Assembly (NCBI GenBank): GCA_902789395.1
Contig: CADANY010000014.1
Location: 11,364-75,363 of the forward strand
Length of the DNA stretch: 64,000 nucleotides
Direction: 5' to 3'
Origin: an uncultured Bacteroidia bacterium
Lineage (GTDB): Bacteria; Bacteroidota; Bacteroidia; Bacteroidales; UBA932
The number at the start of each line of letters is the position of its first letter. The first letter of the stretch is position 1. The notes under the pieces were generated by a model. It was not told the DNA's origin and ran no database searches. It saw nothing but the letters and a program-made list of their open reading frames with translations. Below are positions 1 through 8,737 of the stretch, piece after piece. Made by a program: the position numbers and the translations under genes.

Positions 1-1
1 T

Positions 2-856
2 TTCCGTCCCAACACCAAGGCTCTTTTCGGAGAAACGATATCCAATCCGGGCTGCCGGGTCCTCGATATTGAGAAATTCGCCCGGATCGCCCATGCCCAC
101 GGAGTTCCGCTCATCGTAGACAACACGTTCCCGACTCCGATCAATTGCCGTCCGTTTGAATGGGGAGCCGATATCGTGACCCATTCGACGACCAAATATA
201 TGGACGGGCACGCTACCCAGGTCGGCGGTTGTGTCGTGGACAGCGGCCATTTTGACTGGGAGGCCCATGCCGACAAGTTCCCCGGCCTGACGACTCCGGA
301 CGAATCCTACCATGGACTGACCTATACGAAGGCCTTCGGGAAACTGGCCTACATGACCAAATTGGTCGCCCAACTGATGCGGGACCTCGGGTCCATCCCC
401 TCTCCCCATAACGCTTTCCTGCTCAATCTGGGCCTGGAGACTCTCCATCTGAGAATCCCGTGCCACTGTGCCAATGCATTGACGATCGCGCGGTTCCTGC
501 AGGACGACCCTCGAGTCGCATGGGTCCGCTACAGCGGCCTTCCGGAAGATAAGGACCATGCCCTGGCAGAGAAGTACCTTCCTGACGGATCCTGCGGCGT
601 AATGGCTTTCGGCCTGAAAGGCGACCGGCAGACGGCGATCCGGTTTATGGATTCATTGAAACTGATCAGCATCGTGACGCACGTCGCGGATGCCCGCAGC
701 TGTGTCCTCCATCCGGCGAGCCATACCCACCGGCAACTTTCGGACGAGCAGCTTCGGGAAGCCGGGGTGGCACCCGATCTGATCCGCCTCTCCGTCGGGA
801 TCGAAGATGTCGAGGATTTGATAGATGATCTCCGCCAGGCGCTTGATAAAATATAA
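2..856 (+). CDS. metY: O-acetylhomoserine aminocarboxypropyltransferase / cysteine synthase family (5' truncated by window edge)
   Basis: Frame is open from base 2 (FRPNTKALFGETISNP...). It has the PLP motif THSTTKY and C-terminal DLIRLSVGIED, and lies directly upstream of metF/metH. Confidence 0.9.
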   Translation, partial: FRPNTKALFGETISNPGCRVLDIEKFARIAHAHGVPLIVDNTFPTPINCRPFEWGADIVTHSTTKYMDGHATQVGGCVVDSGHFDWEAHADKFPGLTTPDESYHGLTYTKAFGKLAYMTKLVAQLMRDLGSIPSPHNAFLLNLGLETLHLRIPCHCANALTIARFLQDDPRVAWVRYSGLPEDKDHALAEKYLPDGSCGVMAFGLKGDRQTAIRFMDSLKLISIVTHVADARSCVLHPASHTHRQLSDEQLREAGVAPDLIRLSVGIEDVEDLIDDLRQALDKI

Positions 857-865
857 GATCCGGTC

Positions 866-1789
866 ATGAAAGTTTCCGACATGCTTTCTTCAGGCGGAAG
901 GGCCTTTCCTTCGCTCGAGATCGTACCGCCACCTAAAGGGATGACGCGGAAGGAACTCGTCGAGGGCATCCGTCCGTTCATGGAATTCAATCCCCGCTAT
1001 ATCAATGTAACCTGCCATAGGGACCATTATGAATACAGGCAGCAGCCGGACGGCAGCTACACCCGCCGGCTCGTCAGGCGCCGGATCAGTGAGACGGCCG
1101 TTTGCGGAGCGATCCAGTCGGAATTCAAGGTCGAAGTCGTTCCGCATCTGATCTGTGGTGGCTCTACGGCGGAAGAGATTGAAAGTCAACTGTATGATTT
1201 CCGCTTCATGGGAATCGGCAATGTGCTTGCCCTCCGTGGGGACAGCCTGGAAGGGGAGAAGCGTTTTGTCCCGACTCCCGGTGGGTATGCCCATGCGGAC
1301 GAACTGGTCCGTGCCATCCGTTCCTTCGAGCGGGAGGCAGGTCCCGGGGACAGTTTCTGCATCGGAGTCGGAGGCTATCCGGAGAAACATTTCGAATCGC
1401 CGAATCCCGAGACAGACCTTCAGAATCTGAAAAAGAAAGTCGATGCCGGAGCAGACTATATCATTACGCAGATGTTTTTCGACAACCGGGTCTACTACGA
1501 CTTCGTCTCGCGTTGCCGCGCCGCGGGAATCACCGTCCCGGTCATCCCCGGTCTCAAGCCGCTTTCTTCGCCCCGTCAGGTAGCACTCCTTCCCGAAACC
1601 TTCTCGATCGATATTCCGGTGGAACTGACCTCCGGAATAACCGCCCGGCCGGAGTTCGCCTATGAAATAGGCCGGGAGTGGTGCCTCTCGCAGTGCAGGG
1701 ATCTGCTGGCCCACGGAGTTCCCGCCATCCATTTCTTTACGATGGGCCGCCCCGATAATATCCTGGATATCCTGCGTGCTTGCTTCTGA
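866..1789 (+). CDS. metF: 5,10-methylenetetrahydrofolate reductase
   Basis: Motifs SLEIVPP, ALRGD, GGYPEKH, GADYIITQMFFD and IHFFTMG. Confidence 0.93.
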   Translation: MKVSDMLSSGGRAFPSLEIVPPPKGMTRKELVEGIRPFMEFNPRYINVTCHRDHYEYRQQPDGSYTRRLVRRRISETAVCGAIQSEFKVEVVPHLICGGSTAEEIESQLYDFRFMGIGNVLALRGDSLEGEKRFVPTPGGYAHADELVRAIRSFEREAGPGDSFCIGVGGYPEKHFESPNPETDLQNLKKKVDAGADYIITQMFFDNRVYYDFVSRCRAAGITVPVIPGLKPLSSPRQVALLPETFSIDIPVELTSGITARPEFAYEIGREWCLSQCRDLLAHGVPAIHFFTMGRPDNILDILRACF

Positions 1790-4700
1790 TGGACCGGTTT
1801 AGAGAGTGGATCAAAGACAGGATTCTGGTCCTGGATGGTGCGATGGGAACCCAATTGCAGGCTCATGGCCTATCCGGGAACAGCGAGGCTTTCAATCTGA
1901 GCGATCCGGAGATTGTCCTTGGAATCCATCGTGCTTATATTGAGGCTGGTGCCGATATCATCGAAACCAATTCTTTCAGTGCCAATCGTCTTTCTCAGGA
2001 AGAATACGGGATGGGCGGGAAAGCCCGGGAGATGGCGCTTGCCGCTGCCCGGATCGCCAGGAAGGCGGCAGACGGGGCGTCCCGGAAGGTATGGGTCGCC
2101 GGGAGTGTCGGCCCGACCGGCAAGTCCCTTACCCTTCCGCAGCGGCTTGACGACCCGGCCTTCCGCCCCTGTGATTTCGACGGAATGGCAGCCGTCTACA
2201 GGGAGCAGATCGGAGCGCTGATAGAAGGGGGTGTCGATCTTATCCTTCTGGAAACTTGTTTCGACGCCCTTAATGCAAAAGCGGCCATCTACGCCCTCGG
2301 CGAGTTCCCCGATACGCCCGTAATCATTTCCGTTTCATCTGCAGACCGGAGCGGAAGAACCCTGACAGGACAGACGCTGGAGGCGTTTTATGCTTCTGTC
2401 CGCCATGCCCGTCCGGTCGCCTTCGGGCTTAATTGCTCACTTGGCGCGGCGGAGATGGTCCCGCTTTTGGAAGATGTGGCTTCCTGGTGTGACTGCCCGG
2501 TCAGCTGCTATCCCAATGCCGGTTTGCCGAATGAGATGGGAGAATATGACCAGTCACCATCCGAGATGGCGGAAGCGGTCCGCCTGATGGCGGAGAAAGG
2601 ACTCGTCAATATCGTAGGGGGGTGCTGCGGCACGACGCCCGCCCATATCCGGGCTCTCGCGGATGCCGTCAAGGGAATAACGCCCCGACCGCTTCCCGAG
2701 GCGGACCGCCGCCTCCATGTCAGTGGCCTCGAAGCCGTGACGGTAGACAGGGAGAAGAATCTTTTTATGAACATCGGGGAGCGGACGAATGTGGCGGGTT
2801 CCCGGAAATTTGCCCGCCTGATCGCTTCCGGTGCGTATGACGAGGCGCTCGGAGTTGCTGCCGGACAGATAGAAGGGGGGGCGTCCGTGATCGATGTCAA
2901 CATGGATGACGCCATGCTTGAACCGGCGGCCCAGATGCAGGCATTTCTCCGGTATATCGCCGGAGATCCCGCCGTGGCTCGTGCCGCCCTTATGATCGAT
3001 TCTTCCCACTGGGGCGCAGTCCTTACAGGGCTGAAAAATGCTCAGGGAAAATGCATTGTCAATTCGATCTCGCTCAAAGAAGGTGAGGAAGTCTTTCTTG
3101 CCCATGCCAGGGAACTGCGCCGGCTGGGAGCTGCAGCTGTCGTGATGGCTTTCGACGAGGAAGGCCAGGCTACAACGTACGACCGGAAGATCCGGATCTG
3201 CGAGAGGGCTTACCGCCTGCTGACGGAGGAGGCTGGATTCGTCCCCTCCGATATCATATTTGATGTCAATGTGCTTTCCGTCGGTACCGGACTTCCCGAA
3301 CACCGGCGCTATGCCGTAGATTTTATCGAAGCCGTCCGGTGGATAAAGAAGAATCTGCCCGGAGCGCTGACTTCCGGCGGCGTCTCAAATCTTTCTTTCG
3401 CCTTCCGGGGCAACAATCCGGTCCGCGAAGCCATGCATGCTGTTTTCCTCTATCATGCCATCGGCGCCGGTCTCGATATGGGAATCGTCAATCCCGGCAT
3501 GCTCCAGGTCTATGACGATATTGAACCGGATCTTCTCCGAAAAGTTGAGGATGTGATCTTGGACCGGGATTCTGGGGCGGTTGAAAGGTTGATCGAAAAG
3601 GCGGAGAAAACGGCAGGCGTTACTTTAGAAGAAAAGGCAGAATATTCTGAAAAACAGGATATTCCAGTCAAGGATAGATTGATCAGGGCTCTTTTGGCAG
3701 GCGGATCATCCACACTCCGGGAAGACCTGCTGGAGGCGCTGGAGGAGGGAACGACGGCCGTCGGTTTGATCGAGGGACCGCTGATGGAAGGCATGGCCCG
3801 GGTCGGAGAGCGATTCGGGGCCGGAAAGATGTTTCTCCCTCAGGTAGTCAAATCCGCCAAGGTCATGCGGGATGCCGTTGCCATCCTCCAGCCGTATCTG
3901 GAAGATAAAGCCGCTCACGGGGGGACGCGGAAACCGCTTATCCTGCTGGCAACGGTCAAGGGAGACGTCCATGATATCGGGAAAAATATCCTTGCTATCG
4001 TGCTGCAGTGCAATGGTTTCGAGGTGCTCGATCTCGGCGTGATGGTCCCGAAGGAAAAGATTCTGGAAGAAGCCCTTTCTGTCGGGGCCGACCTGATTGG
4101 CGTGAGCGGACTGATTTCTCCCTCCCTTCGTCAGATGGAGGACCTCTGCCGTGAGATGGCGCAACGGGGACTTCAGACACCGCTCCTTGTCGGCGGGGCT
4201 ACGACTTCCGCCCTGCATACGGCAGTCAAGCTGGCCCCGCTCTATGACCATGTCTTCTATGGCTCCGACGCATCCGCCAGTGCCGTACTTGCCGGCAGGC
4301 TCATTTCCGACCGGCTCCATACGGAAGAAACGGAACATCTTTCCCAGCAGAAACTTAGGGATGCTTATCTGAAGGCTTCGGAGAGCCGGCCCATCTTCGT
4401 GCGGAGGGCAGATCCTTTCCCGGAGGAATCCTATCTGCGTGGTAAATTTTTCGAAGATTATCCTCTTCGGGAGCTCTCTGTCTCCGAGATCCTTCCTTTC
4501 TTTGACTGGCGTCTTTTCGACACGATATGGGGACTGAAGTCCGGAGCAGCGGAGCAAGAGCGGGCCCGTCTGCAGGAAGATGCCCGGAAGGTACTTGCCG
4601 GGATGGTCTCAGGAGGCTGCCGGATTACCCTCTGTACGCGGTTCGATGCCTGTCATGCGGAAGAGGACGAGATCGTATCGGCAACGTGGCGCCTGCCGAT

Positions 4701-5235
4701 GCTCCGACAGGAAGAGGGGAGCGGCCGGTCCCTGGCTGATTATGTAGCCCCCCAGTCCTATGGGTTCGACTCGCCTGCAGGACTGTTTGCGATCAGTGTC
4801 CACAGAGCCCATCGCCGCGGGATCTGCGACTGTGAGGCCTGCGCAACGGATTATCAGCCGATGCTGGAACGGTCGGTCCGGCTGACGCTGGCCGAAGCGG
4901 CATCGGCCTGGTTGGATGAGAGCCTCAGGAAAATGCTTCCGGAAGGATCTCCCGTCCGGATTATCAAGCCGGCAGCCGGTTATGCTTCCTGTCCGGATCA
5001 TTCCCTCAAACGGGATATCCTGGACCTTCTTCCTTGCGGGGAGGCGCTTGGAATCCGCCTGACGGAGTCCTGTGCGATGATCCCCGATGCCAGCATCTGC
5101 GGCCTGGTATTCGCCCATCCCGAGGCCGCCTATCCGGAAATCCGCCATCTTTCCCGGCCGGCAATTGACAGGTATGCCAGCCGCAGAGGTCTCTCTGAAG
5201 CGGAAAAAACACTGTTTCTGGGCGGTCTGCTCTAA
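1789..5235 (+). CDS. metH: Cobalamin-dependent methionine synthase
   Basis: Motifs LDGAMGT, GGCCGTTP, IGERTNVAGSRKF, B12-binding DVHDIGKN and the C-terminal activation motif PAAGYASCPDH. The ATG overlaps the metF stop (TGATG). Confidence 0.95.
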   Translation: MDRFREWIKDRILVLDGAMGTQLQAHGLSGNSEAFNLSDPEIVLGIHRAYIEAGADIIETNSFSANRLSQEEYGMGGKAREMALAAARIARKAADGASRKVWVAGSVGPTGKSLTLPQRLDDPAFRPCDFDGMAAVYREQIGALIEGGVDLILLETCFDALNAKAAIYALGEFPDTPVIISVSSADRSGRTLTGQTLEAFYASVRHARPVAFGLNCSLGAAEMVPLLEDVASWCDCPVSCYPNAGLPNEMGEYDQSPSEMAEAVRLMAEKGLVNIVGGCCGTTPAHIRALADAVKGITPRPLPEADRRLHVSGLEAVTVDREKNLFMNIGERTNVAGSRKFARLIASGAYDEALGVAAGQIEGGASVIDVNMDDAMLEPAAQMQAFLRYIAGDPAVARAALMIDSSHWGAVLTGLKNAQGKCIVNSISLKEGEEVFLAHARELRRLGAAAVVMAFDEEGQATTYDRKIRICERAYRLLTEEAGFVPSDIIFDVNVLSVGTGLPEHRRYAVDFIEAVRWIKKNLPGALTSGGVSNLSFAFRGNNPVREAMHAVFLYHAIGAGLDMGIVNPGMLQVYDDIEPDLLRKVEDVILDRDSGAVERLIEKAEKTAGVTLEEKAEYSEKQDIPVKDRLIRALLAGGSSTLREDLLEALEEGTTAVGLIEGPLMEGMARVGERFGAGKMFLPQVVKSAKVMRDAVAILQPYLEDKAAHGGTRKPLILLATVKGDVHDIGKNILAIVLQCNGFEVLDLGVMVPKEKILEEALSVGADLIGVSGLISPSLRQMEDLCREMAQRGLQTPLLVGGATTSALHTAVKLAPLYDHVFYGSDASASAVLAGRLISDRLHTEETEHLSQQKLRDAYLKASESRPIFVRRADPFPEESYLRGKFFEDYPLRELSVSEILPFFDWRLFDTIWGLKSGAAEQERARLQEDARKVLAGMVSGGCRITLCTRFDACHAEEDEIVSATWRLPMLRQEEGSGRSLADYVAPQSYGFDSPAGLFAISVHRAHRRGICDCEACATDYQPMLERSVRLTLAEAASAWLDESLRKMLPEGSPVRIIKPAAGYASCPDHSLKRDILDLLPCGEALGIRLTESCAMIPDASICGLVFAHPEAAYPEIRHLSRPAIDRYASRRGLSEAEKTLFLGGLL

Positions 5236-5888
5236 ATATGAAGGCGAAGGGCTTCCAGATAGAAGTGGCTTCGCTGTTCAGGGAGGATGGGAAAGCGGAT
5301 GATCCGCGAATCCGGCGAAAGTCCGTCGTCCAGGTTGCAGACATACAGATTGCTCACCTCCGACAGGTAAAGCCGGTTATATCGGATATCCTGGAATTTC
5401 TGGAGGTCCATTACGTACCGGAGCGTTTTCCGGACTTTCTCATCTGTCAGGTCATCCTTGCAAAAAACATAAAGGCCGAGCCGGTCGAACGTGCCGTAGA
5501 ATCCGTTCCCGGCCTTCGAAACTTTGCTTTGGAGAATCCGTTTCAGGGGAAGTGCCATGGACCAGTAGGGCAGTTCCCTGATTCCGATGTAGCGGCCTTC
5601 CTGAAGGCCGAACCCATATCCGTTTTCGACAATCCGGGCCATCTCGTCCTCTTCGTCGTCGTTGCGGGGACGGATGCCGGACATCTCCTTCAGGAGGGAC
5701 GCTGCCGCTTCCTTGTTCTGTTCCATGGCGCGGGTCACCTCGATCCCGATCGATTTCCGGTCAGGAGACTGCAAGTCCGGCCGGTCCCGGTTTTCCAGAT
5801 CTACGAAACTGCTTCCCAGGATTTCCGAAAGGGAAATCTTGGCATACTGTTCGAAAAAACAGGTCCCGTATTTCCGGAAGGCCGCCAT
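5232..5888 (-). CDS. Hypothetical protein, possible PD-(D/E)xK-like fold
   Basis: 218-aa ORF filling the gap between metH and the lyase gene. RDRPDLQ...IGIEVT resembles a restriction-endonuclease-like core. Confidence 0.55.
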   Translation of the reverse strand: MAAFRKYGTCFFEQYAKISLSEILGSSFVDLENRDRPDLQSPDRKSIGIEVTRAMEQNKEAAASLLKEMSGIRPRNDDEEDEMARIVENGYGFGLQEGRYIGIRELPYWSMALPLKRILQSKVSKAGNGFYGTFDRLGLYVFCKDDLTDEKVRKTLRYVMDLQKFQDIRYNRLYLSEVSNLYVCNLDDGLSPDSRIIRFPILPEQRSHFYLEALRLHI

Positions 5889-5898
5889 GGGTCAGGAT

Positions 5899-7347
5899 CT
5901 ACAGGGATGCGCCGAAATCTTCGCGGAACATCTTGGTGAGGTCTTCCTGCCAGTATCCGATTTCTTTCATCCGTCCGAAGAAGAAACGGAGGACCTTCGG
6001 TTCTTCGACCCACTCCAGGCCGCCGATGAGATTTCTGTTGTCGTAGAGCCACTTGACGCGGTCTGCGCAGTATTTGATCTGGGAAAGGGTAAATACGCGG
6101 CGGGGCAGAGCCAGTCGTAGGAGTTCCAGCTCGGCATAGCGCTCGGTTCCGTCGGGTTCCCGCTGTTCGCTGACGGTTCCCCGTTCCATGCCCCGGATGC
6201 CGCCTGCGATATAAAGGGCAGCACCGACGGCTGCGGCGGGATACTGGTTGTGCGGAATGTCGGGGACGATCTCGGAGCAGTTGAGGTGGGCTCCGAGTCC
6301 GCCGGCCGGCTTGATGACCGGAACGCCGTAGCGGTCGAGTTCGTCAACGAGGTACGCGATGAATTCCGGTCCCTGGCTGATATACTCCATGTCGAGGGAT
6401 TCGAGAAGGCCGACGGCCATCGCTTCCATCGAACGGACTTCCATGCCGCCGTACGTGAGGAATCCTTCAAAGAGGGGCACGTACTCCATCATTTCGTCCG
6501 TAAACTTCTTGTCGTGAGCCGTGATGATGCCGCCGCGGGAGAAACCGAGTTTGCGGGCGGAGAAGTAGATGATATCCATCCGGTCTGCCAGTACATGGTA
6601 GATCTCTTTGGTGGTCATGAATTTGCAGCGGGGCTCCCGGGTCTTCATGAAGTAGACGTTGTCCTGCAGGAGGGAGGCGTCGAGGACGCTCTTGATGCCG
6701 AATTCGTGGCAGATGTCGGTGACGGCAAGCATATTCTCCAGCGAGACCGGCTGGCCTCCGATAAGGTTCGTCCCGGCTTCGACGCGGACGAAGGCAATCT
6801 TTTCAGGACCGAGTTCCTTGATGGTCTTCCGGAGCGCTTTCAGGTCGAAATTGCCCTTGAACGGGTCGTCTGTCTGCGGGATGAGGCCCTTCTTGTCGAC
6901 GAGTTCGATGACTTCGCCGCCGAGGCGTGTGATGTGGGCCTTGGTCGTTGTGAAATGGAAGTTCATCAGGGCATACATGCCCGGCTTGACATAAGCCTCA
7001 GCAAGGATATTCTCGGCTGCACGGCCCTGGTGGGCGGGCAGGACGTTATCGGTACCGAAGACTTCTTTGACGGCAGCCTTGACACGGTTGAACGTTTCAC
7101 TGCCGGCATAGGAGTCATCGGCGATGCTCATGGCAGCAACCTGCCGGTCGGACATTCCGTTGACGCCCGAGTCGGTAATCATATCGAGGTAGATATCCTT
7201 ATTCTGTAGCAGGAACGTATTGTTTCCGGCTTCCTGAATTCTCTTAAGACGCTCCTCGACGGGAAGGAGGAACAATTTCTGCACGACACGCACCTTGTGC
7301 ATCTCGAGGGGTACCTGGTTCTCAGGCTGGTAGAATTTAACTGCCAT
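5899..7347 (-). CDS. tnaA: Tryptophanase / tyrosine phenol-lyase family beta-eliminating lyase
   Basis: Motifs DMITDSG, HQGRAAE, PLP lysine region FSARK, GMERG and LRLALPRRVFT. Substrate (Trp or Tyr) cannot be resolved by eye. Confidence 0.8.
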   Translation of the reverse strand: MAVKFYQPENQVPLEMHKVRVVQKLFLLPVEERLKRIQEAGNNTFLLQNKDIYLDMITDSGVNGMSDRQVAAMSIADDSYAGSETFNRVKAAVKEVFGTDNVLPAHQGRAAENILAEAYVKPGMYALMNFHFTTTKAHITRLGGEVIELVDKKGLIPQTDDPFKGNFDLKALRKTIKELGPEKIAFVRVEAGTNLIGGQPVSLENMLAVTDICHEFGIKSVLDASLLQDNVYFMKTREPRCKFMTTKEIYHVLADRMDIIYFSARKLGFSRGGIITAHDKKFTDEMMEYVPLFEGFLTYGGMEVRSMEAMAVGLLESLDMEYISQGPEFIAYLVDELDRYGVPVIKPAGGLGAHLNCSEIVPDIPHNQYPAAAVGAALYIAGGIRGMERGTVSEQREPDGTERYAELELLRLALPRRVFTLSQIKYCADRVKWLYDNRNLIGGLEWVEEPKVLRFFFGRMKEIGYWQEDLTKMFREDFGASL

Positions 7348-7389
7348 GGTCTTGTCCGTTATTATAACACGGCTAAGTTAGGCAATTAT

Positions 7390-7917
7390 TTATTGTTCTG
7401 CAAGCGTTTCCGGGAGGAGTTTCTGATATGCGAGTCTGGGGTCTCCGTTTGCGAGCAGGATGGTCCCGCAGAAAGTGAATCCGTGTTTAAGGATGTTGTG
7501 CTGCATGATATGGTTGTCCGCATGCGTATCGATCCGGACATTGTCCGTGACAGAAAAGGCATACTCCATGATTGCGGAGAAGATTCCGTGTGTCCCGGCC
7601 CGTCCGGCTATCCGGTGGATCACCCTGTAGGGACGGGAGTCGTCCAGCCACTCCCCGCCGTAGATGACGGCATAGGTCGGTTCCGGGGAGGGAATCATGG
7701 CAAAATACCCGTCAGACGTTCCGCCCGGACCTACACAGAGGTAGCCGACCCCGTTTTCGATGTCGGCAGCAATGGTATCCCTTGACGGATAGCCATCCGT
7801 CCATTGATGGAGGTTCCCGGATGCACGCATGGTCCTGACGGCATCCGCGATGATACCGAGGATGGAGGGAATGTCCTCCGGCCGTGCCTTTCGTATAAAT
7901 GATTCAGAGGTGTCCAT
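7390..7917 (-). CDS. GNAT family N-acetyltransferase
   Basis: IRKARPEDIPSI, QWTDGYP, IHRIA and RIDTHADNHIMQ are typical of this GNAT subfamily. Confidence 0.85.
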   Translation of the reverse strand: MDTSESFIRKARPEDIPSILGIIADAVRTMRASGNLHQWTDGYPSRDTIAADIENGVGYLCVGPGGTSDGYFAMIPSPEPTYAVIYGGEWLDDSRPYRVIHRIAGRAGTHGIFSAIMEYAFSVTDNVRIDTHADNHIMQHNILKHGFTFCGTILLANGDPRLAYQKLLPETLAEQ

Positions 7918-7926
7918 GAACCGGGT

Positions 7927-8079
7927 TTACTCCGGATCCGGCTTTTCTTCGGATTCGGTAGAACTTACGTGTTTGAAGAACTTTTCGACGCGGTGTTCTA
8001 CATCGTGGAAAGCGGCTCTTACGTGGACGTGGGAAAGGTCTGAGCCGATTTTGTGGAAGAAATCTTTCAATTTACCCAT
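7927..8079 (-). CDS. Small 50-aa hypothetical protein (not in ORF track)
   Basis: ATG at 8079, TAA at 7927-7929; reads MGKLKDFFHKIGSDLSHVHVRAAFHDVEHRVEKFFKHVSSTESEEKPDPE. Has an A-rich leader and ends 10 bp before the GNAT start. Confidence 0.6.
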   Translation of the reverse strand: MGKLKDFFHKIGSDLSHVHVRAAFHDVEHRVEKFFKHVSSTESEEKPDPE

Positions 8080-8140
8080 GGCCTTTAGTTATTTAGTTCA
8101 TGACAATATAGTAAAATAATCTCATATAGAGATGAAAATA

Positions 8141-8222
8141 CGACAAAATGACATAAGTTATTGACATTTTGTCCTCTTTTTGCGACAATTTGTCTACTTT
8201 TTGACAATGGTCTCTAGTTTGA
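8141..8222 (+). promoter_or_regulatory. Putative heat-shock promoter: three phased GACA-N3-TG(T/A)C boxes plus a sigma54-like TGG-N7-TTTGA element
   Basis: GACA starts at 8142, 8163 and 8184 (21-bp spacing); TGGTCTCTAGTTTGA at 8208-8222. The same architecture occurs upstream of grpE. Confidence 0.5.
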
Positions 8223-8295
8223 TAACAGATGAGATGTCCCGTTTGAGGGACAAAGAAAAATGAAGTTGAACAATAAAGTATAGGAGGTTTTAATT

Positions 8296-8727
8296 ATGGT
8301 ACCTGCAAGACACAACAATCAGAATTGGCTGCCGGATTTCTTCAATGATTTCTTCGACAACACCTGGATGGAAAGGACAAAGACTACAGCCCCCGCCATC
8401 AACGTATTCGAGACTGAAAAGGCGTATGAACTTGAACTCGCCGCCCCGGGTATGACCAAGGATGATTTCAAGATCCAGCTCGATGAAGAAGGAAACCTCG
8501 TCATTAAGATGGAAAAGAAAACGAGTGAGGGAGAGAAGGACAAAAAAGGCCAGTATCTCCGCAGGGAATTCAGCTACACGCGCTTCCAGCAGACCATGCT
8601 TCTGCCTGACGACGCTGACCGCGAGGCGATTGCGGCCAAGGTTGAGAACGGAATCCTCCGCATCGACCTGCCTAAGATCCACAAAGTCGAGGTCCCTGAA
8701 AACAAGAAAGTGATCGAAATCCAGTAA
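8296..8727 (+). CDS. Hsp20 / alpha-crystallin small heat-shock protein
   Basis: Motifs PAINVFE, ELAAPG, LRREFSYTRF and AKVENGILRIDLPK. Confidence 0.93.
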   Translation: MVPARHNNQNWLPDFFNDFFDNTWMERTKTTAPAINVFETEKAYELELAAPGMTKDDFKIQLDEEGNLVIKMEKKTSEGEKDKKGQYLRREFSYTRFQQTMLLPDDADREAIAAKVENGILRIDLPKIHKVEVPENKKVIEIQ

Positions 8728-8737
8728 CGATTACTTC

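Noticed and set aside
4400-5235. MetH C-terminal activation domain looks shorter than in E. coli
   Set aside because: Key motifs (PAAGYASCPDH, AMIPDASICG) are retained and the frame is intact. This is a compact variant, not evidence of a defect.
7348-7389. Possible TnaC-like leader peptide upstream of the tryptophanase-family gene
   Set aside because: Only about 40 bp separate it from the GNAT stop, and no Trp-containing leader ORF is present.
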